Below, piece by piece: positions 25,073-38,269 of a stretch of DNA of 64,000 nt (position 1 is its first letter; every line of letters begins with the position of its first letter). The stretch covers positions 577,096,001-577,160,000 of the forward strand of contig NC_067400.1 of NCBI RefSeq assembly GCF_016432865.1, read 5' to 3'. The notes beneath the pieces were generated by a model, which saw only the letters and a list, made by a program, of their open reading frames with translations, made no database searches and was not told the origin of the DNA. The stretch is from Antechinus flavipes (lineage: Eukaryota). The position numbers and the translations under genes were made by a program.

Positions 25073-25603
25073 TTTTCAAGAAATTATCTTTTTTTAATTG
25101 TTTTCTTTTTTTCTGGTTATACATGAATGTTAACTTTAAAAATACACATTTCTTTATGAATGATATTGGCAGAGAAAAACCAAAACAAAAAGGAAAAATC
25201 AAGAGAGAGGGAAAAAAAGAAAAACAGAAAAAAGAAGTGAACATAGCATGTGTCGATTTATATTTGGTCTCCATAGTTCTCTCTCTGGATGCATTTTCTA
25301 TCCAAAGTTTATTGGGATTGCCTTAGATCACTGGACCACTGAGAAAAATCAAGTCTTTCATAGCTGATCATCACACAATCTTGCTGTTACCATGTGCAAT
25401 GTATTCCTGGTTCTGCTTGTTTCATGTAAATCTTTCCAGGCCTTTCTAAAATCAGCTTGTTCATTATTTTTTAATAGAATAATAATATTCCATTACCTTC
25501 CTTACCACAACTTGTTCAGCCATTCCCTAATGGATGGGCACCTACTCATTTTCCAATTCTTTGCCACCACAAAAAAGAGCTTCTACAAATACTTTTGCAC
25601 ATG
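25073..25603 (-). mobile_element. L1 3' fragment inserted into a hAT-like MITE (about 25018-25900)
   Basis: 17-bp TSD TTGTCCAAGAAATTTTT (25056-25072 and 25604-25620); host has ggcttcttaaac / tttaagaagc termini. Confidence 0.8.
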
Positions 25604-26569
25604 TTGTCCAAGAAATTTTTGGACTACAACAGGTATATAGGCATATAAAATGGTTATATAAATCAAACATTTACTGATAACAAATCATAAAGAAATTTGT
25701 TTAAAAACTGTTCTTTGGTATACATATAATTTTACCATTTGCTAAAAACAAAAGCAAATTTGCATACTAATGAGATGGATGTGCTTGTATATTTTTACAT
25801 AAATAATTAAGTCTTGGCAGAAATATTTGATACTTTTGACTGTTGTCAAATTTTTTGACCCCCATGATCCCCTATGGGGAACCCACAATTTAAGAAGCTT
25901 TGAGTTAGACTACTGAGTTTGGCTCTAAGTGCAATCCGTGATATATTGTTCTCTGGGCTCACATGGACCACATCTGATCTTAAGAGGTCTAGTATGTGAA
26001 GGATCATATATTATCAAATGAGATAATATTTGGGGAAATGCTTAGCACAGAGCCTGGTACATAGTAAGGCTTAGTAAATGGTTGTTCCCTTCTCCTCTTG
26101 AGTTACTCCATTCAAATCTTGAAATGGATTGGTAATCATCAATTTGGCATTTTTTTTAACAATGCAGATTGTGGACTCATCCATGCTTGCTCATTTGGTG
26201 TACCTTTTGTTTATGTTTTCCCATGAGTTCACCACAGGGATCTTATATTGCTGGTTATGTCCTACATAGGCTTCATTGAGAATGCCCCAAATTTATGAGT
26301 TGATGATTCACATAAAAATGTCATGCAGATGGGAAAGTAGGCTATTAGACATTAGTGCCATTTTGGAGCATTAAGGTTCAAGATTTTTTCCACATCTTTG
26401 GTGTCTTTCCCTCCTCCAAAAGCCCTGCCAACTGATCCCTTGGTACCCTCACAATGGCATCTCCTCTAGCACAGATCTCTGTATAAACTTGGTCCAAAAT
26501 CTGCTTTTCCCAACTGTTCGCTTTTGTTCCATTTTCACTTCCCCTATTAGAACATCTGGGGCTGTTTTC

Positions 26570-27930
26570 ATCCTTAAATCCTCTAAGGATGACTAAAGGA
26601 AAATCTCCAAAATAAAGCTTCAGTATATTTCATGACTATATTTGTGGAAATGTGAGGAAGAAGATCACAGACATCCATGCATTTTGAGGGAAAGGAGAAC
26701 AACTTCTGTTTTATCCTCATAGAAAAGGCAGAAGTTGCAAAAGTTGAAGAAACCAATAAAACAGATTAAAATATAAATAGATCCTTATCCCAAACAGATA
26801 AGGAAACATAAAAAGAACTCAAATGATCAGTAGATTACTCCAAGAAGGCAATCAAGACTTGCTACTGCTGAATAAGCAATACTTCTTCCCCTCTGACTCT
26901 AAGTAACACCACTGCAAGAGTTCATCTGAAGAGACCAATGTAGGTACACAGGAACTCATTAATCAACTTAGATTTTAATAAGAAATATACAGAAAATTGA
27001 AACAATGTCAGGTAACAGATGATGAATACACGAGAATAGCATAGTCTTGTCAAAATAACATGGGGAATGCTAAAGTTCAGAATAAGATTTCTTTGTGAGG
27101 AAAGCTAAGGACACCAACAGAATTTTGTCTTTCTCTAACTATATTGGGAGAGAAAAGATCAAACAAAAAATAGGACCTTTGGGATAGATGATAATTTTCA
27201 ACAGATAAAAGACAGAAGGGATCAACTCGTTTCATTTTCTCTGCAAAGAAAAATGACCTTTATACTGAAAATGACTGAACAAAAATGATTAACAGGGAGT
27301 TGCTATTCAAGACCCAAGATAAGCAAGAAGACGACTAAATCTAGCTGTACTTCAATTACCAGTAGAATTCTAGAATGGATCATTACAGAGACTACAGCTA
27401 AATACTGAGAAAAGGAATACGGCTTCAAAGAACCAGCATTGCTTCACTGACAAGTCATACCAGACTAACACCATTTCCTTTTTGACAGGATTACTAATGA
27501 GCAGATGAGGCTATTGCTGTGGATATGGTTTATTTAGATTTGGGCAAAGCTTTTAATAAAGTGTCACATACTATTCCTGTGGAGGAGATAGAAAGTTATG
27601 GATTAAATTATTACACAGAGGGATTCATAATTGACTGCATGGACAGACTTAAAGAATAGTTATATTTTAATGGTTCAGTATCAACATGACAAGAATGAAA
27701 TACCTAAGAAATATACTTAGCCTTCTGAGCTATGCATTTTTTTTTTATCAAGGACTTAAATAAAGGAATAGATGATATATTTGCAGATTTGTAGATAACA
27801 CAAAATTAAGAGAGGTAACCAATACAGAAGATGGATCCTAACAGACTAGAAAATTGCATTGCATCTAATAAGATGAAATTCAATAGGAAAAAATTTGTAT
27901 ATATGACAGGACTTCGAACCAAACCTGAGG
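26570..27930 (+). mobile_element. Ancient CR1/L3 LINE ORF2 remnant
   Basis: 27516-27569 translates AVDMVYLDLGKAFNKVSH, the CR1 RT motif (YLDFxKAFDxVxH). Confidence 0.8.
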
Positions 27931-28089
27931 TATTTTGTGAATTGCTACATTTGTTGAAGGAGATGTGACTCCTAATTACTGGAGAGAGTACTGAGGCAAA
28001 CACTACATACCATTTCTCTTACTCCTAAGACGGGCTAGAGATCAGAGCCCAAGGTGATAGAATAATAATATTAGTAACAAAAATAATTT

Positions 28090-28470
28090 TAAAATAACAT
28101 GCTTATATTAACATATACAGAAGACATTTGGCAAAATACAGTACTCATTTATATAAAAATGTTTAAAAGCACAGAAATAAAAAAAATCTCTCCTTAGTGT
28201 GTTAAAGAAATCTTCATGAAACTGCAAGTTGGCATTATTTGTAATGGAGAAACATTATGAAGCTTTTTCAGTAAGATCAGAGATAAAGTTGCTAAATATG
28301 TTCTCTGTTATTTGACAGTGCTTGAAATTCTAGATATATTGATAAACAAAAAGGAAATTGAAGGAATAAGAAAAGGCCAAAAAAGGCAATACTTTCTATC
28401 TGATATGGTTTATTTACAGAATACCACATAATAAAGAAAAAAGTTAATTGAGAAAATATTTTCAATAAAA
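28090..28470 (+). mobile_element. Ancient L1 ORF2 RT remnant
   Basis: Degenerate A-rich sequence resembling the AEKAFDKIQH...GEKL..F region. Confidence 0.55.
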
Positions 28471-30355
28471 GAACAAGCAGCCTAAATTTGCCGCTTTGAA
28501 CTTCCTACTTATGCCCTTTGAGCCTAATCAAATCACATCTAATCTCAGTTCAATGTGAGAATCCTTGATCTTTCTAATATCTAATACTTGAAAACAAGTA
28601 ATGTATTCACACTAAGTCTTCTCTTATTCAGGCCAAAGTTATCCTGTTCTTCACCATCCTACTTGGGTCTTTTGGATACTCCAAAAGAGTGACACTGTTA
28701 ATGTCTTTCTTAAATTATGTTTCTCCAAACTGAACATAGTGGTTCAGATAAGTTTTGAGAAGAATCAAGTACTACTATTCTAATTCCCTATTCTTGAAAG
28801 CTTTGTTTAATTTAGTTTACATTGTTTAGATTACATTGGCTTTTTCCCTACTATACCATACTGAATTTGATGTCCACTAATCCCTCCCAAGATTATTTTC
28901 AGATTAGTTTTGTCTTCCCATCATTGCATCCATCTTATACTTGAGAAGTTGTCATTCCATTTAGTGTCAGACTCCTGCATTTGAGGTAAGGAGAAAAAAC
29001 ACCATTCTCTTATTTGAGGATTTCTGCCCAGGGGGAAGAAGAGAAATGTCATTCCATCCCACACAAGTCTCTCACTCTTAAAGTAAGAGGAGAAATGCCA
29101 TTCTATCACACCAAGTCTCCTCCTTGGTTACCTGTCTCCCAGGGGAAGAGGAGTAATGTCTTCTATTCCATCCAGTGCCAGATTCTACCCTTCCAGGGAA
29201 AAGAAAGACCATTCTTTCAAGTGCCTAACCTGGTGTCTTACCTTAGGAGAAGGGTAACAGCTTTCCTTCAGCCCCAATGCTCACTTCCTCTCCTGAACTG
29301 CTTTAGGCCCTGAGAGAACTTCATCCCAAGGCCAAACTCCTATGGATAATGAAAACCTACCTGGACTCATTCCTCAATGATTAACAAATTCTTCCCTATT
29401 CATACTCTACCCACAATCTCATAGGTGTCATCATTCAAACTCTGTTCTTGGTCCAATTCCTTATTCCCATTCCTTTTCTCCTGTGTCCCAATTTAAAATT
29501 ATCCAGTCCTTCCCATTGTGCTTTCTGAAATGCTTGCACCATAGGCAACAAACATTTTCATCTTAAAATTTTCCTTAACTTTTTGCTTTTCATTCTTCTC
29601 ATCTTTTAGCTCTGAGATGTGGCTCCCTCCTAATGATAGAGCCTTCCTGGTTTTTATTCCTAGTACTGTCTGCACTTTTATTCACTCCCCATCAACATAC
29701 TGGTCAAGATGGGGGAGTTAAGAAATTCCTTGCTCCTCATTGCCACCCCCAGGTTTTCCTTTTACTTCCTCGTTACTCAGTAACCTTTCCTTTGAAGTTC
29801 CCTCAATCCATATCTTCCACCAAATCAAAATTCTAGCAATTGCCATCTACTGCCCTCCACCAGATCTTTTTTTTCCTTAATAAGTTTGGTCCCAAGCTCA
29901 CAATCTCTCTCTCCTCAATTCCTGTCCTTCTAAGACAAGACATCAATATAGGGTACTCATCAAACCCCATAAGTTATAGATATAATCTTCTAGTACTCAC
30001 AAAGTCAGTCAGACTCTTAAACGTGACATCAATCACAACTATATTACTTTCAAGTTCATAGACTCTGAAATTCTCTTATTACAGTCTATTTTCATCTCAT
30101 TTTTCTTTTTAATTTGCAACCCCCAAATCCCATTCTTCTATTCTGTGCCCTTCAATCCCCAATCCTTTAGTTCTTTCAGGTCATTAGTCCTGCACTAGCT
30201 ACATTCTCCTCTCCTTTCCTCATCTTAACTGACCCTTTGGTGAACCAGTTCAACTCTCCAATGTTCTCTTCTCAAGTCCTTTGACCTCTTACCATTTCAT
30301 TAATTTTGTCCTGCCAAACCTTAGCCTTGGATCCTTCCCACCATCTGTTGCCTAT

Positions 30356-32825
30356 GTTCCTACATTGATTGGTTGTTGTCCTTCATGCTTGAAGTGGACC
30401 AAAATGACATCAGTATGTGAGGGATGAGGTACAGGAGTCCAGCTGTGGCTGACCAGACCATTCCAAGCTGGAAAGACTCTCCACAGGTCAGGCACAAATG
30501 GTCCATGGGAGTAAGTACTTGGAGTGGAGCTGTCTCTGAATTTATGCATCTCAAGTTTATTTTGAACTACTGCAATTCAGCTTTGCTCAGAGAGTGTAGC
30601 ACCTTCTTTGGTATGGGCACATCATGCTGGGAAGTCTTGCGCCAGTTTTTCTCATGTTTCACAATCAGTTCCAAAGTTCTTCAGGGAGACCTTGAGGGTG
30701 TCCTTGTATTGCTTCTTCTGAGTGCCTGACTCGTGAGTTCTCCATAAAAGTCTTTTAGACAAACACACATTTGGCATTTGAACAGCCCACTGAAGTTGTG
30801 CTCTCTGTTGGTGGAATTTGAATGCTTGGCAATTTGGCTCAAGAAAGGACCTCAGTGTCTGGTATCTTATGTTGGCAGGTGATCTTCAGACTCTTCCTAA
30901 GAGAGCTGAAATGGAAGTAATCCCATGGATGGCACTGATATACCCATGCAGGTTTCTTAGGCATACAGCAGTGAAGGGCACACAACTGCCCTGTAGGCCT
31001 TCAGTTTGGTAGGGAACTTTTTCCTACCCTTTCCTTTGGAGTCTCCCAAACACTGAGCTAGCTCTGGCAATGCATGTGTCAACCTCATTATCTATGTGTA
31101 CCTCCCTGGAAAATATACTGGCAATGCAAGTGAACTTAATTACAGAATTCAATTTCCATTTTCAGGGACTGGTTGTGATATATGAATGTAATGAAATACT
31201 ATTGGGCTATAAAAAATGAGGAGAAGAATTTCAGAAAAACTTGGATTTATATGAACTAATCCTCGGTGAATTGAGCAGAACCCGAAGAACATGATACACA
31301 GTAACAGCAACACAATCTAGTAATCAACTATGAGAGTCTTAGCTCTTCTCAGAACTACAATGATTGAAGACAATTAATTCCAAAGGACTCATGATAAAAA
31401 ATGCTATCTTCATCCAGAGGAAGAAACATTGGACTCTAAATGCAGACTGAAACATACTAATTTCACTTTTTGGGGGGAAGGTTCTTCATGATTTTCCTTT
31501 TTGTTATGTTTCTTTTTTCACAGCATGACTAATGTGGAAATATATTTAACATGATTGCACATATATAACTTGTATCAGATTGCTTGCCATCTTGGAGAAG
31601 GGGAATGAGAAGGAGAGGGAGAGAGGAAAAAAATATGGAACTCAAAATCTTTTTTTATAATAGCCTTTTATTTTTCAAAAGACATGCAAAGGTAGTTTTC
31701 AACATTCACCCTTGCAAAACCTCGTGTTCCAAATTTTTCTCCTTTTATCTCTACTTCCCCTCTCCTCTAGACAGCAAGTAATCCAATATAGGTCACACAT
31801 GTGCAATTCTTCTAAACATATTTCCACATTTATCATGCTGCAGAAGAAAAATAAGATCAAAAAGAAAAAAAATGAGAAAGAAAGAAACAAGCACAAACAG
31901 TAACAATAAAAAAGATGAAAATACTATGCTTTGATCCACATTCAGCTTCCATAGTTTTCCCTCTGGATGCAGATGGCTCTCTCCATTACAAGTCTATTGG
32001 AACTAGCCTGAATCAGCTCATTGTTGAAAAGAGCCAATCCATCACAGTTGTTCATCACATAATTTTCTTGTTGTTATGTACAATTTTGTTCTATTCACTT
32101 CACTTAGCATCAGATTATGTAAGTCTCTTCAGGCCTTTCTGAAATCATCTTACAATTGTTTGTTATAGAACAGTAATATTCCATAACATTCATATACCAT
32201 AACTTATACAGACATTCCCAAACTTATAAACATCCACTCAGTTTCCAATTCTTTGCCACTACAAAAAGGGCTGCCACAAACATTTTTGCACATGTAGGTC
32301 CTTTTCCTTTTTTTTCAATGACCTCTTTGGGATATAGACACAGTGGTTCCATATGGATATAGTTCCAAATTGCTTCCTAGAATGGGTGGATCTGGAACTC
32401 AAAATAATGTAAAAAAGGGATGTTGAAACTATCTTTACATGTAATTGGAAAAAAATAAATTTTCTTAATTTTTTTTCTTCATTTTCTATAACCAATGATA
32501 CCACATTGAATGGTATGGTCCTAGCTGGTAGAGAACCTCTGTGTTTTCAGTTTGATTGTCAGGCCAAAATTAACACAAGAGGCAGATGATTGAACCATGT
32601 TCTATTGCATCTCAACCTCAGAGGCTGCATTGAGTCCATAATGATCTACAAATAAAAAGTAGTACACTATCTTTTCCTTCACTTTAATCTTGGCTTATGA
32701 CCTTTTCAAGTTCAATAACTTATCATCAGTGCAGTAGCTGATCTTCATGCCATTTTCATCTTCATTGAAGGCATCTGATATCACTGAAAACATCATGCTG
32801 AAAAGCATGGGAGCAAACACACAGC
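30356..32825 (-). mobile_element. RTE LINE (30356-31125 and 32480-32825) split by L1 insertions
   Basis: Minus strand translates KKQYKDTLKVSLKNFG, KIPDTEVLS*AKLPSI, DTCIARASSVFGRL and MMFSVISDAFNEDENGMKISY..FLFVDH, RTE RT and C-terminal motifs. Confidence 0.88.
31130..32460. mobile_element. L1 3' end (+; 31130-31648 and 32406-32460) interrupted by an L1 3' end (-; 31649-32392)
   Basis: 13-bp TSD TGGAACTCAAAAT at 31636-31648 and 32393-32405. Confidence 0.85.
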
Positions 32826-33835
32826 ATTTATACATGCATACTGCTGAATGAAGCAGGAGAAAAACATAAAACTACTAATGGGGTTTGTTACAGATGTGTT
32901 ACCTAACTTCAACTGGGCCCTCACTGCTGTAAAGAAATCATTTTTTTCCACCTGCTTAATTCACTATCCCACTCATGATAGTAGATCTTCCCAATTTTTA
33001 CATACCTTTTCAAATTTCCTATGGTTCTCCTTGTTCCAAACCTCTCAGCTAAGAACCCTTCCTCATATTTTACAAAAACAATTAATGCCATTGACCAGGA
33101 ATTCCTTCACTTCATGTCCTAATCTCACATCACCCAGATGCCTCTGCCATTATTTCTGCCTCTACTTCATGTCATACAAAGACAGCTTTTCTCCTTGTCA
33201 AGGCAAATTCCTTTACATGCACATTTGATCCCATGACATCTCATCTCATTTAGCAGATTGTCTTTTCTATCACTCAGTTCTCACTCATTTTCAAATTTTC
33301 CCTCTCTACTGGTTGCTTCTCTACTATCCTTAGAGGACTATTTATAATTGTTGACTCCACTTTCTTTTCTCTCCATTCTTAACTTTCTTGAAGTCTGGCT
33401 TCTGACTTCATCATTCAATTAAAACTGCCCTCTCCAAGTTAATTACCTCTTAATTTCCAAATCTAATGGCTTTTTCTCAGTCTTAATCCTTAATTCCTTT
33501 ATAGTGATTGACAATTGTCAATCCTCATTTACTTGTTAGTCTCTTCTCTATAGGTCTCTATTCTGGTTTTCCTCCTACTTATCTGACAGCTTCTTTGTCT
33601 CCTTTCCTATATCTCCATCCAGGTCAAACCTGGTAATCTTGAGTGTCCTCCAAAACACTGACTCGAGGGCTCTCTTCTCTTCCCTCTCTTGGTGATTTCA
33701 TCAAGTTCCATGGGTTCAATTATCCTTATAGGAAGGATTCTCAAATCTTCTTATCTAGCACCAACTTTTTTGTTTTCCAATGGTCTCTCATCTCCAACTA
33801 CGTATTAGATAAAATTGAATATCAAAAAGACATCC

Positions 33836-34012
33836 CATATGCTGCAACATATTTAACATATATAGGACTGCTTGCCATTAGGGGAGGGGGTGGAGGGAGG
33901 GAGGGAAAAAAATCGGAACAGAAGTGAGTGCAAGGGATAATGTTGTAAAAAATTACCCTGGCATGGATTCTGTCAATAAAAAGGTATTATAAAAAAATAA
34001 ATATAATAATAA
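33836..34012 (+). mobile_element. Young truncated L1 3' end with TSD
   Basis: Same subfamily as 8517-8737; TSD AAAAAGACATCC at 33824-33835 and 34013-34024. Confidence 0.88.
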
Positions 34013-37000
34013 AAAAAGACATCCTAAACTCAACATGTGTCCAAAACTCATTATCTTTCCCCCCAAATCATTTCATCCTAAATTCCCTAATAATTCTGAT
34101 TGTTGACTCTTGCCCTAGTTACGCAGGTGCTTAACATAGCTATCATCCTTAACTCTTCACTATTTCTTCCCTTCTCCTCCTCCCCCATGTTCAATCTGTT
34201 GCCAAAGCTATTGCTTTTTACATTCATTACATCTCTCACATATCCCCTTCTGTCCTTCAATATTGCTACCACTAAGGATCTTATCACCTCCTGCCTGGAA
34301 TTTTGCAATAGTCTGATAGTTGGTTTCCCTGCTAAAAGTCTCTCTTCACTCCAGGCTGTCCTTCAGTTGATTGTCAAAATGATATTTCTAAACCTCTGAT
34401 CTATGTTATTCCCTACCTCAAATCAATAAACTTCAGTGCCTACTCATCAACTCCAACATCAATTATAAATCCTCTGGGTTTTTAAACCCTTTATGATCTG
34501 GCCTCACCTCTCCATTCTATGGGGTATGGTTTGTATTCTTACTCTGTTCTAGAGACACTGGTTTCCTTGTTGATCCTTGAACAAGACACTATCTCCTAAT
34601 TCCACAAATTTTTGATGGCTATCTAGTTCTAGAGAATGCTTTCCTTTATATCCATCTTCTGGCTTCCCTAACTTCCTTGAAGTTCCAGCTAAAATCCCAC
34701 CATCTATCAGAAACTTTTCCATTATCTCCCTCAAATGTAATGCCTTCCCTTTGTTGATTAATTCCAAAACTACTAATCAATTGTTTCTATACAATTATTT
34801 GCCTATTCAGCTATTAGCTCACTGAGAGCAGAGGCTGTCTTTTGTCTTTATTTGAATCCCTAGAACTTAGTACAATGCTCAGCATATTTGTTATTGTTCA
34901 GTTGTTCAGTAATGTCTGACTCTTCATGACCCTGTGAATCTATGTGGATGGCAGTATTTATTTATGAGGTCTTCTTAGTGAAGATACTAGAGTGGTTTGT
35001 CATTTGCCTCTCCAGTGAATTAAGGAAAGAAGTTAAATTACTTGCCCAGATTCACAGAGCTAGTGTCTGAGCCATATTTGAACTCATTTTCCTGACTCCA
35101 GACTCAGCAATCTTTTTATACCAAGCCACCTATCTACTTAGCATATAATTGGAGTTACTAAGTGTTTACTGACTAATCAACTATAATCTTGACATAAATC
35201 TAGCCTAGTAACAGTGAATAATTTTTTAAAATACATTACTTGAGTCAGCTAGGTAGCATAGTAAATAGAGCATGGTCCTGGAGTTAAAATCAGGCCTCAG
35301 AGATTTACTAGCTGTGTAATCCTGAGCAAGTCATTTAACCCTGATTAACTCCCAAAATGAAAAAAATATTGTAGTACCTTTGCTAATATTTTAATATCAC
35401 TATTCATTAGAGATTTTTGTCCATCATTTTCATTCTCTGCTTTATCTCTTTCTGGTTTAGTATCAGGTAAGAAGTTTGGTAGAGTGCTTTATTATTTTAT
35501 ATTGCTAGGGGACTCGCTTTGTTTATTCTCTCCACTGTACTGCCATCTTTTGGTTTGAGCTGAGCTATTCTCTGTTGATTCTCCACTGAAATTCAGCTTC
35601 TCTGAAGAATTTTCCTCTTTTATATCATCTTCCTTAGCTCTTTTATGATTGAAACACATAATAATGGCTGTCCTGTCAACTAGAGAAATCTTCCGGCATC
35701 AATTCTGTCTTTCTGCATTTCTTCTCCTTGGCGCCCTTTGAATTCAGTCTACTCTTTGAATTAGTGAAAGAAAATTCCTTTCAATTCTTTCAGAACCTTA
35801 GTTAATCCAAGAAATCATCCTTGGGGAATTTACTTAGCAAGAATAGAAAAAGGCAGCTAGTAACTTCTTTTTTCCTGCCCACCTATGAGCCCAAACTTGT
35901 TGCTTATCCTAATACTGAAAAAGTCCCTCTCAATAACAGATCATTCCTCTCTATTGTCCCTAACATTCATGATCTTTAGGAGTCTTCCCTAACCCCACAA
36001 TTTTCTTTACTTTATTCTTCCCCCCTCCCAAATCATACTCCATTACCCCAACACTGATGAGGTTAGCTCCATTCAGCATGAGTGTGTACATAATTGTGTC
36101 TACTTCCTGATTCTGTCTCCTTGTAAAATTGTTCTCCAACCCTTTCGTATTAGGATTGGGCTTTTTCCTTTTGCATAGAATCCCAGAGAGCCCTACGAAA
36201 AAAAAAGTGATATACTGTCAAGCACCCATTTAGCTATATGGCTTCTAAGAATAAGCCAGAGACGACATCATTTTACACACCAGTCTCTTCTAGGCTCATA
36301 GAAGGAAGCCAGGTTTGAGTCATAGTTGGGGTCAAGTGCTGTAGAGTTGGCTCATATAGTATTTACAGCCTGACTCTATTTCCTTAGTGACTTCATTGCT
36401 CTTAACTCCAAGCTAGGGAACTGACTCACCTGCAACGCCAGGCAGGGGAGGAGAAAGACAGGTTATTAAAATTGAGTCAGCTTTGTCTAGGAGTGCTTGG
36501 GAAACAAACATCCTCATCTTTCTATTCATCATCATCATCTTCATCATCACCAGCAAAAGCATTTTATAAAGCATAGAATATGACATCTAGAGTCTATGTG
36601 AGATCCTAGAATATAAACTGTCAGAAGTGGAAAATTATAATTTAGATTCAATGTGGTCCAACCTCCCAACTTGACAGATGATAACAATGAGGTCTAGTAC
36701 TTACTCATGTTTTATACATTTCAGTTGTGTTTGGTTTGGGTTTGTTAGTAAGAACCCAGACTGTCTTTAGACTAAAAGTATCACTAATTTTCTCATTTAG
36801 TTCCTTAAAGTCCTATTAGATAAATAGACGAAGAAAAAATGGGGTTGAGAACTTCAGTTTTTGAGGTAAAGGAGGAGGCAAAAGAGAAGAAGTTCTGATT
36901 GCGGCAGAGAGAGTATGAATGCACTATAATGTAAGAAATAAAATATCTTTGGGAACTGAGTCCAGCTTTCCCAGCTGTACCTTTCTTCAGCTTTAATGTC

Positions 37001-37597
37001 TAGTTGATTTCCATGGCAATCACTGCCATTATGAGGTTTGAAAAGAATTTCAGCCTTGATATGCTCTGAAGACTCCTATGTGAAATTCCTAGAAAGTTCT
37101 GAAAGGCACCCAATCTAGTCATTCAAGGGTTTAAAAGAGTCTATGAGTCAAAAAAAATTGAGTCCATAACTGATCTGAGTTTGGATTGAGAGCCCCTAGA
37201 AAGAAAAAGGTTTTAAACTTTAGACTAAAATTTTAGACTTTAAAGTATCTGATGATTGTCCGAGCTCAAAATGTCATGATATAGCCTGGGATTGTAGAAT
37301 GAAAAATGGGCAAATCATCTCTTCTTTTTAAGAGTTGGAATTCTTAAATTTTTCTGACATGAAACTTTTTGGCAACCTGGTAAAACCTATGTACTGAGAA
37401 TACTTTAAAGCATAAAATAAAATACACATGATTATAAAAGAAACCAATTATATTTATATTCTTAACAAAGTTCCTGCATGGCCTTCAACTCCCCCATCCC
37501 CTCTATAAATCTGTCTATGGACTTGATGTGGGGGAGGGGGAAGGTCATATGAATACTTGTCCTAAGAAAAGAAAAAAATCATAATCTAGCGAAAAGA

Positions 37598-37612
37598 CCA
37601 GCAGGTGGCAGC
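37598..37612 (+). promoter_or_regulatory. CTCF motif
   Basis: CCAGCAGGTGGCAGC matches the core CCASYAGRKGGCRS. Confidence 0.6.
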
Positions 37613-38269
37613 AGAAACAATTCAGTACTGATAACAAAGAACAGCACTCTAAAATATGGGATTATAGATCTAGAGCTGGAAGACCTAAAAAGAGGCCATT
37701 TAGTTCCACTCCTTCATTTTACAAATGTGAAAACTGAAGTTCATAGGGGATAAGTGACTTACCTAAGGTCACAGAAGTAGTGTCATTAATGGTTTGGGAA
37801 CTTAGGACCTCCTTTCTGAGTTAGTGCATTTTTTCCTGCACTTCAATTATTCCAGGTTTTAAGCTGACCAGTTTCAGAGGTATTATTTGTCCTAGTTTTG
37901 TCTATGTACATACCCTCATTTACAGGATGAGAAAACTGAGGGCAAAATCAACTAAGGAAGGAGTAAGATCACAGAATCACAGAACTACTTTTGGGGACAG
38001 GATTTGAATTCGGGTCTTCCTGACTCCAAGTCCATCACTACCAATTCTTGTTTCTTTAGTAACTTCCTTCCTTGCTAATGGGCTTAAACACTAAGAAAGT
38101 ATATTCCAACTCCGCACCTCGATCCCTATGTCTCTGGAGAACTTTCTAGTTACTTGTGGTCGATGAAATATCTTTTGCTTAATCCTCTCTGGATCCGCTA
38201 CTCAAAAGAAACTCAGTGATGGGGGCTTAAGGAGTTGGTTAAAGGTATGTGTGACTGCTGACCGACAAA

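Larger units (their letters stand above)
29540..34880 (+). mobile_element. L2 LINE (29540-30355 and about 32830-34880) split by nested insertions
   Basis: Pyrimidine-rich L2 ORF2 remnant, EN-like SEMWL at about 29612, L2-type 3' end near 34820-34880. Confidence 0.7.
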
